From Candidatus Rifleibacteriota bacterium (GTDB lineage: Bacteria > Muiribacteriota > Ozemobacteria > Ozemobacterales > Ozemobacteraceae), in the NCBI GenBank assembly GCA_015232575.1, contig JADFZL010000004.1, positions 14,381-78,380 on the forward strand: a stretch of DNA of 64,000 nucleotides. Direction: 5' to 3'. The translations under genes were made by a program, and so were the position numbers. Positions 27,247-37,674 of the stretch are shown in pieces (position 1 is the first letter of the stretch; each line of letters opens with the position of its first letter). Below the pieces are notes generated by a model. It was not told the origin of the DNA, did not search any database, and saw only the letters and a program-made list of their open reading frames with translations.

Positions 27247-27874
27247 ATTTCACAAGCTGTTTTCACCAGAAAATTATATCACGACCAAAGAGAAAAATTA
27301 ACTAAAATACCATTTTTTTTCAACGGTACGCATAATTATTAAGATTTTGAAAATGGAAAAAAACGATATTGGTTTGATGCGGGTTTTCAAGTCAGATTTT
27401 CACAGCCTTAATAACGATGCGTATCATTGTTTTGTTTTGATCATTTTTTTCCCTTTTGATAACTTGAATTTCGCACATTCTGTCGGTCGAAATGGCAAAA
27501 TCGGAATTCTGGAGAATATGTTAACGCATATGATCCGGCCCTCTCCTGCGGCGAAGGTGTGAAAAAATACCCTTTTTTTGGAAAAAGTGACCCTCGTAAG
27601 CCTCATCAGCAGAGAGTCGATTTCTTGAAAATCAATTATTTCACGGCTTCGTCGCGGATACGTGGGGAGCGAATAAAAGGTAATATGCCCCCCTTTATTA
27701 AGATTTGCTTAACTTAGATTTTGTTTTAAATTAGCAAAAATTTATGATAGAATGATCTAACTTCAGGCTTTCTGAAGTTTCTGAAATTGCCAGGAAAAAT
27801 CTATTTTATCTGCTGTGTCTTGACTGAGAGTTAAAATATGCAGAAGACCTGGTGGATAATTTTGAAAGGTTTTC

Positions 27875-28408
27875 GTGAATAAATTTCCTCGTTTTGGGTT
27901 CTCCCTTGTAGAGATTGTCGTGGCATTGTTTGTCATGGGGTTGGCTGTTGCTCCGATTATGGGACTGATGAGTCAGACAAATATTGATTCCACAGCTTCA
28001 ATGTATGAAGTTCTTGCTGGAAACTATGCGACCGAACTTGGCGAGCAGCTTCTTGATCTTTCTCTGAACCGTTCTCAACCTCGTTTTAAACAGATTGAAG
28101 CGGATACCCACCAATCCATTAAAGACCTCCTTGAAGGACTGAACGAGAGTCTTTCAGATACTTCTGTAACTAATCCAAGGGCTGTTTTTCTCCCAACCAG
28201 CAAAATTGGAATAATGGTTTCTCCACTGGATCCGGCTTTTACAAAGCGGAAAATAACTGTTGAACCCGTTACCGGACTGACGTATTCGGTCATGTATGGT
28301 GAGTGCTATCGTGTTCTTATTCAGCTTGCATGGCGTCTTCAGGGAGAATCGACTGCATTGCCGGCAAAGCACTCCCACGAAGCAATGATCCTTATCAGAA
28401 AGGATTAA
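27875..28408 (+). CDS. Type IV pilin / pseudopilin-like protein (prepilin N-terminal methylation motif)
   Basis: RFG-FSLVEIVVALFVMGLAV class III signal peptide with Glu5. GTG start. Confidence 0.85.
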   Translation: MNKFPRFGFSLVEIVVALFVMGLAVAPIMGLMSQTNIDSTASMYEVLAGNYATELGEQLLDLSLNRSQPRFKQIEADTHQSIKDLLEGLNESLSDTSVTNPRAVFLPTSKIGIMVSPLDPAFTKRKITVEPVTGLTYSVMYGECYRVLIQLAWRLQGESTALPAKHSHEAMILIRKD

Positions 28409-28421
28409 ATAAGAGCTTTCT

Positions 28422-29096
28422 ATGCATCAGTCTCTTCGAGCTGTTCATTCAGATATTAATGTCAGGAATTCTTCTGGTTTTACAATGATTGAACTCGTTG
28501 TCGCGACGGTCATTGGAGTTATCATAATGGGCAGCGTCTACATGTTGATGACCACAGGAATGCGCCAGACTACAAAAGGACGTGACCTTCTTGACGCCAT
28601 TCGTGAAGCGCATCAATTGTTTTCTTTTATCCGCAGAGATATGCTTGCTTCTGTTGTTTTGCAGGCACCTTCCTTGACAGATCCCTTGTATTCGGTAACC
28701 CTGGATGTAAATGATACTGACATGCCTCCTATGACCGGAACCAACTATGTGAGCACATTGGTTTTTGGCTTTTCGAATGCTACTGCCACATACCAGTTAA
28801 AGACTGATTCAAAAGGGTACAATTACATTCAGAGAACTCTTGTTTCTGGGAGTGGTGGTCCCTCTGCGGAAAACCACCAGTTTGCTGTTCGCCGGATGAA
28901 GTCATTTCGAGCTTTGGTGGTCCGAAAAAAACACAATACCGCTCAAGGGAAATCACCTTTTAATACGCGGCATCTTTTTTTTCAGATTATCCTCCAATCA
29001 GATTCCACCCAGAAAAATCTGTCGCAGAAAGAAGTTGTACTTACTTCGTTTTTCACTCCTTCGAATGTCGTCATTTCTGACTGGAATGCCTGGTAG
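28422..29096 (+). CDS. Type IV pilin / pseudopilin-like protein (PilW/GspJ-like)
   Basis: SG-FTMIELVVATVIGVIIMG class III signal peptide, then the helix AHQLFSFIRRDM typical of GspJ/PilW-type minor pilins. Confidence 0.85.
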   Translation: MHQSLRAVHSDINVRNSSGFTMIELVVATVIGVIIMGSVYMLMTTGMRQTTKGRDLLDAIREAHQLFSFIRRDMLASVVLQAPSLTDPLYSVTLDVNDTDMPPMTGTNYVSTLVFGFSNATATYQLKTDSKGYNYIQRTLVSGSGGPSAENHQFAVRRMKSFRALVVRKKHNTAQGKSPFNTRHLFFQIILQSDSTQKNLSQKEVVLTSFFTPSNVVISDWNAW

Positions 29097-29314
29097 AGAC
29101 GCCTTCCAGTTTCTGATACTCAATCACCTCAAAGAACGTTTTTTTCCCCTGAGCAGAGGAAATCACCTTTGAAAAAGTTGAAAGATCTGGATTAAACATG
29201 TAATTCTCCTGTAAATAAATTTTGAGAAAGAACCCCTCTGTTTTTAACCCAATAGAAAAAAATGTACAATCAATGGTTGGTCAAATACCAATAAACTTGT
29301 TCTCCCGGAAACAT

Positions 29315-29355
29315 TAAAAAACTCTCCAGATATTTTCGGTCTGGAGAGTTTTTTA
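29315..29355. terminator. Bidirectional rho-independent terminator
   Basis: Inverted repeat taaaaaactctccaga / tctggagagtttttta between convergent genes. Confidence 0.8.
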
Positions 29356-29428
29356 TATTAAGGTTTTTTTGCTACTCTAACCTGGCTTACCTTTCAAAAT
29401 GAGAAACTGTTACAGTTTTTCTCAATGA

Positions 29429-30082
29429 TTATTTTTCAAAAAGTGCGTTGAATGAATTAACCATATCAGGGAAGTTGGGTCCAGGGACATCAACAATGTT
29501 GAGGTTACGTATGTAATCGAGTCTACCGGAAGCTTTGTCGAAGGTAAATCTTACACGGTTATGCAAAAACATTGGCTGCATTATTACATTCATCTTGTTG
29601 GTACATTCATCGAAGGTTTTAAACTTGTCGCTGATCTGGGATCGAAGAATTGAATTTCTTTCACGAAAATACAAGATACGACGAATGGCTTCTTTAAGAG
29701 TCAGAGGTGCTGGAGGGCTGTATACAAGTACGTACAATTTCCCGAAGAATATTTTTGCACTTGCCAAATGGCGTCTGGTTCCGGAGTCGTCTTTTTGCAA
29801 CATGCTGACCTTTGCAGCCGAAAAAGCATAGAACATTTTTTGCGAGACTTCTATCTGGGCATACTGAAACCGTACTTTCATCATTTTAGACATCACATTT
29901 TCCACGAGGCTTTGAATTTCGGCTTTATCGCTTAAATTTTCAACAAGTGGAAACAATTGATTGCATGATTGACATATTTCGCCGATCAACTTCATTGATT
30001 CTTGATCTATGGGCTGTGCATGGCAAATAATCGGAATAATCAGCAAGGCAAGAATTAACAATTTTTTTATTTGAATTTTCAT
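29429..30082 (-). CDS. Secreted helical hypothetical protein
   Basis: AAGGAG RBS, signal peptide ending ICHA-QP, no recognisable family. Confidence 0.7.
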   Translation of the reverse strand: MKIQIKKLLILALLIIPIICHAQPIDQESMKLIGEICQSCNQLFPLVENLSDKAEIQSLVENVMSKMMKVRFQYAQIEVSQKMFYAFSAAKVSMLQKDDSGTRRHLASAKIFFGKLYVLVYSPPAPLTLKEAIRRILYFRERNSILRSQISDKFKTFDECTNKMNVIMQPMFLHNRVRFTFDKASGRLDYIRNLNIVDVPGPNFPDMVNSFNALFEK

Positions 30083-30267
30083 AAATTTCTCCTTTGAAGT
30101 TTCGTTTTGATTCTAACTTGGCTTACTCTGCAAAATATGGAATTGTTACATGGAGAATAAATAAGAATGTTACCGTGAAAATGAGCTGTTCAATTTTACT
30201 TGACTGTGAATTTATTCTAGTGCTAGTATTTTTTGTCAATTTTATGAGGGTAGAAGATAAATATCTG

Positions 30268-33090
30268 ATGAAAGTTTTCAATCTCATTCTGTTCATTTAT
30301 TTTTTATCTGTATTTTCAGTATTCGCGGAAAATACAGCTCAGGTTGTTGAATCTGAAATAAAAACTTATCGTGTTGCTGTAATCAAAGATTTTCCTCCTT
30401 TGTACATGGTTGGCATTTCTGGAAAACCTTACGGATTTGCTATTGATATTCTTGAGAGCATAGCCAGAAAAAAGAAATTCAATATTGAATATGTTATTAC
30501 AGAAAATTGGGGCTCAGCAGCAGAACTTGTAAGAAATTCCGAAGTTGATTTTGTACCAGGATATGGAATTACAGCAAGCCGTCAAAAAGAATTCCTTTTT
30601 TCTGCTGAAATAGAGAATATGCCGGTGAGTTGCTTTGTAAAAAAGAAAGAAACCCGTATATTGAAAATAGATGATCTCAAAAATCCTTCTTTTAAAACAG
30701 CAGTAATTCAAAATAGTGCTGCTTATACTGAATTGACTGAGCGTGGTGGTTTTTTCATCAGGCAGAAGAATAATATAGACGATGGATTGAATGCTTTATT
30801 AGCGGGTGAAGTCGATGCTTTCATTTTTCCTGAACCTGTTCTTTTGAAAAAAGTACAGGATATGGGAATTGAAGATCTTATAGCAATTGTTGATAGTCCT
30901 CTCATTTACCTTAAACGTGGCTATCTTTTTAGAAAAACAGACACCAAACTGCTTGAAATGTTTAACGCTGAAATATCCAACATTGTTAAATCGCAGGAAT
31001 ATTCACAAATTTATCACAAATGGTATGGTACCCCTGAACACTTCTGGACAATTAAAAAAGTCGCTTTCTTAATGCTGGCAGTTTTTTCCGTATTATCAAT
31101 TCTATTCATTCTTTGGAAAAATTATTCTGTAGGCGTTATTAATGAAAAACTCCTCAGAAGTGAAGAAAATCTCCGTATTACACTTGATTCGATTGGAGAC
31201 GCGGTAATATCTACTGATACTGCCGGTTTTATCACTCGAATGAATCCCATTGCAGAAAAACTTACCGGCTGGAGTTTGGCAGATGCTGTTGGGAAACCAC
31301 TTTCTGAAGTATTTAGAATTGTTAATTCCACTACTCGTCAGGTAGCACCCAATCCTGTTGAACATGTTCTTTCTTCTGGTGAGATTGTTGGACTTGCAAA
31401 TCATACAGCGCTTATTTCAAAAAGCGGCGCTGAATTCCAGATTGCCGATTCAGGTGCACCCATAAAAAACGCTTCAGGGGAAGTTGTTGGAGTTGTAATG
31501 GTATTCCGTGATGTAACAGAGGAATATAATGCTGTAACAGCTTTTAAGGCAGAACGCGAGCGATTTATAAATGTCCTGAAAGGAACCAATGTTGGAACCT
31601 GGGAATGGAATATTCAAACAGGGGAGATTCTTTTTAACGATCGCTGGGCTGAAATGCTTGGATACAAGCTGGAAGAGCTTTTACCAACGACTATAGTTAC
31701 AGTAGATCATCTGTTGTACCCTGATGACGCAAAAGCGGTCAATGCCCTTATTGAAAAGCATTTTCAAGGCGAATTGAATTCTTTTGAGTGCGAAGTCCGC
31801 ATGAAGCACAAAAATGGTACATGGATATGGGTTTTGAGCAAAGGGTGCGTTATATCCAGAGCTCCTGATGGCAAGCCGTTGACGATGTATGGTACACAGC
31901 AGAACATTAATGAGCGCAAGCTCGCTGAAAAAGAAAAAGAGAAACTTCAGGAGCAGCTTCTGCAATCGCAGAAGATGGAATCAATAGGCAGGCTTGCTGG
32001 TGGTGTCGCGCACGATTTCAATAATATGCTCAGTATAATTCTTGGACATGTTGACCTGGCTATGATTGAAAAAGAATTTTCCCAGAACAGTATTGAACAG
32101 ATAAGATCTGCGGCATTGCGCTCCGCTGATCTTACGAAACAGCTTCTGACATTTGCCCGCAAACAGGCTATTCAGCCGAAAGTTCTAAATCTGAACAGTG
32201 TAATATCGAATATGCTGGATATGCTTCGTAAGTTGATTGGAGAAAACATTAAGATTGAATGGAATCCAACAGAAGATCTGGGTTCTGTAAAAATTGACAG
32301 TACACAGGTTGAGCAGATACTGGCAAATCTTTGCATAAATTCCCGTGACGCAATAACCAGAAATGGGAATATTATCATCAGAACGGCAAATGCTGATTTC
32401 GATACTTCCTCTGGAGGGAAAAATACCTCAAATTCTCTTCATTCCGGAATGTATGTTATGTTGTCTTTGTCCGATAATGGTTGTGGAATGGACAAAGAAA
32501 CACTTTCCCATTTATTTGAACCGTTTTTTACGACGAAAGAGCTTGGCAAAGGTACCGGGCTTGGGTTATCGACTGTTTATGGAGCAGTTGAACAGAATGG
32601 TGGTTTTATAAACGTATACAGTGAGCCCGACTTGGGAACTACTTTCAAATTATATTTTCCACGACACGACATTTCAGAGAGCATAACATCTGAAAATATT
32701 CCCTCAGAAAAAACTTCATCTGTCAGCGGAACTCTTTTATTGGTAGAAGACGAACTTGTACTTGCCCAAATGGCTGAAAAAATGCTGAAAATCGGTGGAT
32801 ATAATGTTATCACGACAACATCAGCAGAAGAAGCGCTTCAGGTAATTCAGGAACATAAAGGGAAGATCGACATCATGCTTACTGACGTTGTGATGCCGGG
32901 AATGAATGGCTATGAGCTCTATTTGCAGGTTAAAGAATTATATCCGGACATTCAATGTCTCTTCATGTCAGGACATACGTCTGATGTTCTTTCCAGGCAG
33001 GGGATTGTGGAAGAGGGTTTAAACTTCATCCAGAAGCCATTCTCAATGAAAGGTTTGATTGCAGCCCTCGGTAATCTGCATGCTGGGTAA
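30268..33090 (+). CDS. Hybrid sensor histidine kinase: periplasmic solute-binding domain - TM - PAS - PAS - HisKA - HATPase - receiver (start re-assigned to ATG 30268)
   Basis: Signal/TM MKVFNLILF; DFPPL...GFAIDI solute-binding domain; SIGDAVI PAS; GTWEWN PAS; QKMESIGRLAGGVAHDFNN; NLCINSRDA; DNGCGM; FFTTKELGKGTGLGL; receiver LLVEDE...LTDVVMP...QKPF. Confidence 0.92.
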   Translation: MKVFNLILFIYFLSVFSVFAENTAQVVESEIKTYRVAVIKDFPPLYMVGISGKPYGFAIDILESIARKKKFNIEYVITENWGSAAELVRNSEVDFVPGYGITASRQKEFLFSAEIENMPVSCFVKKKETRILKIDDLKNPSFKTAVIQNSAAYTELTERGGFFIRQKNNIDDGLNALLAGEVDAFIFPEPVLLKKVQDMGIEDLIAIVDSPLIYLKRGYLFRKTDTKLLEMFNAEISNIVKSQEYSQIYHKWYGTPEHFWTIKKVAFLMLAVFSVLSILFILWKNYSVGVINEKLLRSEENLRITLDSIGDAVISTDTAGFITRMNPIAEKLTGWSLADAVGKPLSEVFRIVNSTTRQVAPNPVEHVLSSGEIVGLANHTALISKSGAEFQIADSGAPIKNASGEVVGVVMVFRDVTEEYNAVTAFKAERERFINVLKGTNVGTWEWNIQTGEILFNDRWAEMLGYKLEELLPTTIVTVDHLLYPDDAKAVNALIEKHFQGELNSFECEVRMKHKNGTWIWVLSKGCVISRAPDGKPLTMYGTQQNINERKLAEKEKEKLQEQLLQSQKMESIGRLAGGVAHDFNNMLSIILGHVDLAMIEKEFSQNSIEQIRSAALRSADLTKQLLTFARKQAIQPKVLNLNSVISNMLDMLRKLIGENIKIEWNPTEDLGSVKIDSTQVEQILANLCINSRDAITRNGNIIIRTANADFDTSSGGKNTSNSLHSGMYVMLSLSDNGCGMDKETLSHLFEPFFTTKELGKGTGLGLSTVYGAVEQNGGFINVYSEPDLGTTFKLYFPRHDISESITSENIPSEKTSSVSGTLLLVEDELVLAQMAEKMLKIGGYNVITTTSAEEALQVIQEHKGKIDIMLTDVVMPGMNGYELYLQVKELYPDIQCLFMSGHTSDVLSRQGIVEEGLNFIQKPFSMKGLIAALGNLHAG

Positions 33091-33096
33091 AGTTTC

Positions 33097-33633
33097 TTAT
33101 TGATTATTGAGCCGTCCTTTGGAAAACCTGCTGAACAGCCTTCCTAAAAACACAAACATTACAATACCAATTGTTATCATTTCAGTTATTCCGCCGAAGA
33201 AATATATTCCCCAGCCGCGGAATTTTGAAATAAACCAGAATGCTATACTGCAAAATATTAAAAGTACAATAAAATCGGCTATTGAATGAATAATGGTTAA
33301 TTCAGTGAGGGGAAAGATAAGTTTTATGAAAAAAAGACTCCCGGCAAGACAGAGTGGACCGGAAGCAACAAGCATCGCATCAGCCTGAATAAGGTTTGCA
33401 GAAAAAAATCTGTGTGCAATAAAGAGAATGATTGTTTCTAAAATAAAGAAAAGCAGGGATGCTCCAATAACGAAATTTGCGACAAAACGCCCATCACGAT
33501 CAGTTTTTCCTCTTTTTCCAATTGCCGCAAAAACTGCTCCGACAATCGGAAAAATGATTGCCACGGCAAATATTACAGTTTTATAAACAAAAACAGCTCT
33601 CATAAAAGCAATAAAGGTGTCACCGATAGTCAT
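33097..33633 (-). CDS. Integral membrane hypothetical protein (about 5 TM helices)
   Basis: Several hydrophobic segments; GGAG RBS upstream. Confidence 0.75.
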   Translation of the reverse strand: MTIGDTFIAFMRAVFVYKTVIFAVAIIFPIVGAVFAAIGKRGKTDRDGRFVANFVIGASLLFFILETIILFIAHRFFSANLIQADAMLVASGPLCLAGSLFFIKLIFPLTELTIIHSIADFIVLLIFCSIAFWFISKFRGWGIYFFGGITEMITIGIVMFVFLGRLFSRFSKGRLNNQ

Positions 33634-33758
33634 TCTGATTCTCCAGCATCTGCACTCAAGTTTTATCCTGAATTAGATTTATCAACTTTAAAGCATTATT
33701 GGTTGAAATCTGATAATATCATTTAATGATTGATAATTCAAATTGCTGAATTCAGTAG

Positions 33759-35783
33759 ATGTTGCATTTTAATAAATATTCAGTCATAATATTATCCGGA
33801 AAAGATTCATATCTAATCAGAAGCGAGGTTTGGAAATCAGTGAACATATTCGTATGTGATCAGATACCTCTGGAGCCTTTCTATCAAAGACTTTCAGAGG
33901 AAAAGAATTTTAAGATATGTCATTTTGTCAGAGAAAAGAGAAGCTGGGGCGATAATACCTCAGCGGGCGTGTATATTATTCATGAGAAATCTCTGAATCA
34001 TGAATATCTTGGATTGCTCGAAATATTCTTTGTTTCTGCTGAGTCCAGGCCTGTAATAATTATTGGTGACAATATTGCACAGGATTACATTGAATCTCTC
34101 TTTGAGAATCGTGCGTTTCTTCACTTTACTACCCCGGTCGATGTCAACAAACTGATCGAAGCAATTGATGAACTGACAAAAAATGCGGCCGATTTTGGAA
34201 GAAAAAGAGTCGAAAAGGAACTTTCCAAAGCTCAAAAGCAGATCGAAGATCTATACCAGATTGGAATAGCACTTTCTTCTGAAAAAGATCACAATCGCCT
34301 TCTGGAGCTCATTCTTTCGAAGAGCCGTGAAATTGCCGGTGCAGATGCCGGAAGCCTTTATCTGGTGGAATCTGAGAATAATCTGCGCTTCAAGTTGTCT
34401 CAGAATAGCTCACTAGACTGGCAGGTGAATGAAAATCTTCTGATTCCAATAAATGAAAAAAGCATTGCCGGGCAGGCGGCCCAAAGCGGTGAGCCCATAA
34501 ATCTTCTTGACGCATATTTCATTCCTCCAAGTTTTTCATTCACATTTAACAGAACTTATGATGAAAAAACCGGATACAGAACGAAATCAATGCTCGCTGT
34601 ACCAATGAAAAATCAGGTTGGCGAAATTACAGGTGTAATTCAACTTATTAATAAAAGAAAAGATTTTGAAACTCACAGGCGTGGAGAGCCCTTGAGGGAA
34701 GAGAACATTATTCCGTTTAACCGGAAAGACCTTGACCTTTTGAGCTCTCTGACCTCTCAGGCGTCAATCGCTCTTGAAAATTCAAGGTTGTATCAGGATA
34801 TTAAAAATCTCTTTGAGGGTTTTGTCAAAGCATCGGTTGTTGCAATAGAATCAAGAGACCCAACAACATTTGGTCACTCAGAAAGAGTCGCTCTTCTTAC
34901 GGTTGCTTTTGCAGAAAAAATTGACCGCATTTCTGATGGCCCGTTTGCATCAGTTAACTTTGAAAAAAATGATCTTGTACAAATACGATATGCTTCTTTG
35001 TTGCACGATTTCGGAAAAGTTGGAGTAAGAGAGGAAATTCTCGTAAAAGCAAGAAAACTTTTTCCACTTGAACTGGAACAGTTGAAGAGCCGTTTTAAAT
35101 ACATAAGAAAGAGTATTGAAGCAGATCATTATCATCACTGCCTTGATTGCGCATTGAAAGATGGAGTAGAAAAGTTCAGACTGATTCAGCCGATTCTTGA
35201 TCTGAGATATTCTGAAAAGCAAAGCGAGCTTGATGAAATACTTCAATTCCTTATCAGATCAAACGAACCGACCGTTCTTGAAGAAGGTAATTTCAACAGA
35301 TTGCTTGACATTGCAAAAATGAAATATTCAGATTTTGATGGTCAGACCACAGACTATCTTACAGAAAGAGAAACTCACGTACTATCCATAAGAAAAGGTT
35401 CTCTTTCAGAGGCCGAAAGAATCGAAATTGAATCACACGTTACTCACACGTTTAATTTTCTTACAAAAATTCCATGGACAAAAAACCTTGGGCGAATACC
35501 TGAAATTGCTTATGCACATCATGAAAAGCTTAATGGCAGGGGATATCCGAATCATCTCGAAAATCTTTCTATCCCGATTGAATCGAAGCTAATGACTATA
35601 TGTGATATTTTTGATGCTCTTACAGCTCAGGACAGGCCCTATAAAAAAGCACTTCCGCTTGAAAAAGCTCTTGATATAATGTACACTGAGGTGAATCATG
35701 GTCTCCTGTCTAAAGAGCTTCTGGATATTTTTGTAACCAACAGGCTTTACAGGGTAATTGAAGGAAAAACTTTTAAACCCTGA
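33759..35783 (+). CDS. Degenerate receiver-like + GAF + HD-GYP domain phosphodiesterase (likely GTG start at 33840)
   Basis: GAF (ADAGSLYL, TGYRTKSMLAVPM, GVIQLIN), DPTTFGHS, LHDFGKVG, long insertion, HHEKLNGRGYP, DIFDALTAQDRPY. Confidence 0.9.
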   Translation: MLHFNKYSVIILSGKDSYLIRSEVWKSVNIFVCDQIPLEPFYQRLSEEKNFKICHFVREKRSWGDNTSAGVYIIHEKSLNHEYLGLLEIFFVSAESRPVIIIGDNIAQDYIESLFENRAFLHFTTPVDVNKLIEAIDELTKNAADFGRKRVEKELSKAQKQIEDLYQIGIALSSEKDHNRLLELILSKSREIAGADAGSLYLVESENNLRFKLSQNSSLDWQVNENLLIPINEKSIAGQAAQSGEPINLLDAYFIPPSFSFTFNRTYDEKTGYRTKSMLAVPMKNQVGEITGVIQLINKRKDFETHRRGEPLREENIIPFNRKDLDLLSSLTSQASIALENSRLYQDIKNLFEGFVKASVVAIESRDPTTFGHSERVALLTVAFAEKIDRISDGPFASVNFEKNDLVQIRYASLLHDFGKVGVREEILVKARKLFPLELEQLKSRFKYIRKSIEADHYHHCLDCALKDGVEKFRLIQPILDLRYSEKQSELDEILQFLIRSNEPTVLEEGNFNRLLDIAKMKYSDFDGQTTDYLTERETHVLSIRKGSLSEAERIEIESHVTHTFNFLTKIPWTKNLGRIPEIAYAHHEKLNGRGYPNHLENLSIPIESKLMTICDIFDALTAQDRPYKKALPLEKALDIMYTEVNHGLLSKELLDIFVTNRLYRVIEGKTFKP

Positions 35784-35788
35784 ACCTT

Positions 35789-37051
35789 ATGAAGAAAATA
35801 TTGTTCAGAGTAGTTTATCAGGCCGTTTTTGGATGTCTGTTCATTTTTTCTGCTTTTCTTATTCCGATAATAAAAGGATTTTCAAGAAGAATCAGGGATG
35901 GATTGAAAAATTATCTGGGTTTTTTACCTGTTCTCTTTTCTGGGAATACTGTCTGGTTTCACTCGGTATCGCTTGGCGAAAGTCTTGTTTCCTTCTCCGT
36001 TGCAGAGACACTGAAAGAAAGATTTCCAGAATTGATTCTGACTTTTACTTCGACCCACCCTGATTGTCTTAAGCTTGCGAAGAAAAAGAATTTTTTTTCA
36101 GCTTCAGCATATCTTCCACTGGATTTTTTTCCGTTTTTAACTAAAGCATTAAACAACTGGAAGCCACGCTTGGTGCTCATCTCAGAAACTGATTTCTGGC
36201 CGGAGTTTATCTGGCAGTGCAAACACCGTGGAATTCCTGTTTTTCTTATAAATGGCAGAATAAGCACGAAGCATGAAAAGGCTTTTTCTTCATTTCGATC
36301 ACTGGGTGAAAATGTTTTTGACTCGTTTCAATTGCTTATGGTACAACGGGATGAGGATCGGAAAAGATTGATTAACATGGGTGCATCACCTTCAAAGATT
36401 GTCATAAGCGGTAACATAAAAGCTGATATTAAAATAAAAATAGATAATACAGTCCTTGATGAAATGAAAAGATGGGTCGGAAACAGTAAAATAATGGTGA
36501 TTGGGTCCCTGCATCCGATGGAATTGGAAATTCTTTTTCAGTCATTAATCAGATTGATTCAAAATTATGGTCTTAAGATAATTATTGCGCCAAGAGAAAT
36601 TAAAAATGCGGAAATCTGGTACAGGAAATTTTCTGAAAATGGAATCATGTGTGTTTTACGGACTTCATTAAGCGATGACAGGGCCGGACAGGTAATGATT
36701 CTGAATACAGTTGGCGAACTTGCTTCTATTTATTCGCTTGCTGATTTTGCTTTTATTGGTGGTACACTTTCCAGAGAAGTTGGTGGACATAACCCATTTG
36801 AAATTCTTTACTTCGGAAAGCCTTTGATGATGGGTCCTTTCAGCCGCAATTTCAATGATCTGGCCGTTTCTCTTCAAGATTTGGGTGCTTGTCTGACAGT
36901 ATCCAATTCAGAAGAATTCGAAAAGAATGTATGCCGTTTGATTTCAGATGATTCTTTTGCTCAAAAAATCGGGTTGGCTGGCAAATCAGTGTTTTCAGCC
37001 AATAGGGGAGCAATGCAGAAAACCCTGGAAGAAATAAGTAAAATTATATGA
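35789..37051 (+). CDS. waaA: 3-deoxy-D-manno-octulosonic acid (Kdo) transferase
   Basis: WFHSVSLGE, YLPLD, ETDFWP, INGRIS, GNIK, GELASIY, GGHNPFE motifs of the WaaA/KdtA family. Confidence 0.92.
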   Translation: MKKILFRVVYQAVFGCLFIFSAFLIPIIKGFSRRIRDGLKNYLGFLPVLFSGNTVWFHSVSLGESLVSFSVAETLKERFPELILTFTSTHPDCLKLAKKKNFFSASAYLPLDFFPFLTKALNNWKPRLVLISETDFWPEFIWQCKHRGIPVFLINGRISTKHEKAFSSFRSLGENVFDSFQLLMVQRDEDRKRLINMGASPSKIVISGNIKADIKIKIDNTVLDEMKRWVGNSKIMVIGSLHPMELEILFQSLIRLIQNYGLKIIIAPREIKNAEIWYRKFSENGIMCVLRTSLSDDRAGQVMILNTVGELASIYSLADFAFIGGTLSREVGGHNPFEILYFGKPLMMGPFSRNFNDLAVSLQDLGACLTVSNSEEFEKNVCRLISDDSFAQKIGLAGKSVFSANRGAMQKTLEEISKII

Positions 37052-37407
37052 ATTACATCGGCTATCTGATATGGGGTTTTTCGATTGGCTGGATGAGCGG
37101 TTTGATGGGCCTTGGAGGCGGTGTCTTTGTTATTCCTACGCTGATGTTTCTATTTGGAATGACTCAGCATCAGGCGCAAGGTACAAGTGTTGCGATGATG
37201 CTTCCACCGATTGGTCTGCTGGCAGCCCTGCAATATTATAAAGAGGGTCATGTAGTTATTCCAGTGGCAATTTTCGGGGCAATCGGTTTTTTTATCGGAG
37301 GTCATTTCGGTGCTGGAACTGCTGTACATCTCAGTGATTCAGTTCTGAGAAAAATTTTTGGTACAATTATGGTTGTTATGGGAATAAAAATGCTTTTTTC
37401 CCGATGA
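37048..37407 (+). CDS. Half-length TauE/SafE (TSUP) family membrane transporter
   Basis: GLMGLGGGVFVIP, QHQAQGTS, LRKIFG motifs; 119 aa; ATGA overlap with the waaA stop. Confidence 0.85.
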   Translation: MNYIGYLIWGFSIGWMSGLMGLGGGVFVIPTLMFLFGMTQHQAQGTSVAMMLPPIGLLAALQYYKEGHVVIPVAIFGAIGFFIGGHFGAGTAVHLSDSVLRKIFGTIMVVMGIKMLFSR

Positions 37408-37567
37408 TTTTTTAAAAAAATTTAAACTTTTACTTTTTTTTCTGGTATATTGTAAAGTGACTGTGAAACGCCATGGAAATTTATATCGTTGATTCAGAGA
37501 AAAAGAAGTGTATTACCAAATATTGAGAGGTTTTTACTGATGATTAAGAAATAATCTGTTTTTCCTC

Positions 37568-37595
37568 TTGACTGTTTTAAAAAAATCCTTACAAT
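37568..37595 (+). promoter_or_regulatory. Putative sigma70 promoter for 37675-40491
   Basis: TTGACT (37568-73), 16-nt spacer, TACAAT (37590-95), about 80 nt upstream of an ATG with a GGAGG RBS. Confidence 0.45.
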
Positions 37596-37674
37596 TTAGG
37601 TACTTATCTTTTCTTCGTAGAAAAGAACAAAATAGTAAAATTTATTTATAAATTATTACAGGAGGTCTTGACCA

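Noticed and set aside
27490..27560. Possible c-di-GMP-I (GEMM) riboswitch: ggcaaa...acgcata...tccggcc upstream of the pilin genes
   Set aside because: There is no GNRA-capped stem, ACGCAAA is not matched and I could not build the pairing. An Infernal search with RF01051 would be needed; unsupported by eye.
27347..27606. Short ORFs in the pilin intergenic region
   Set aside because: They overlap on opposite strands, are low-complexity and AT-rich, and have no RBS or motif support.
30094..30267. N-terminal 58 aa of the sensor kinase as given in the ORF track
   Set aside because: It would leave only 11 nt for two divergent promoters. The region contains a TTGACT...TGcTAGTAT promoter-like sequence, and the signal/TM segment starts at Met 30268.
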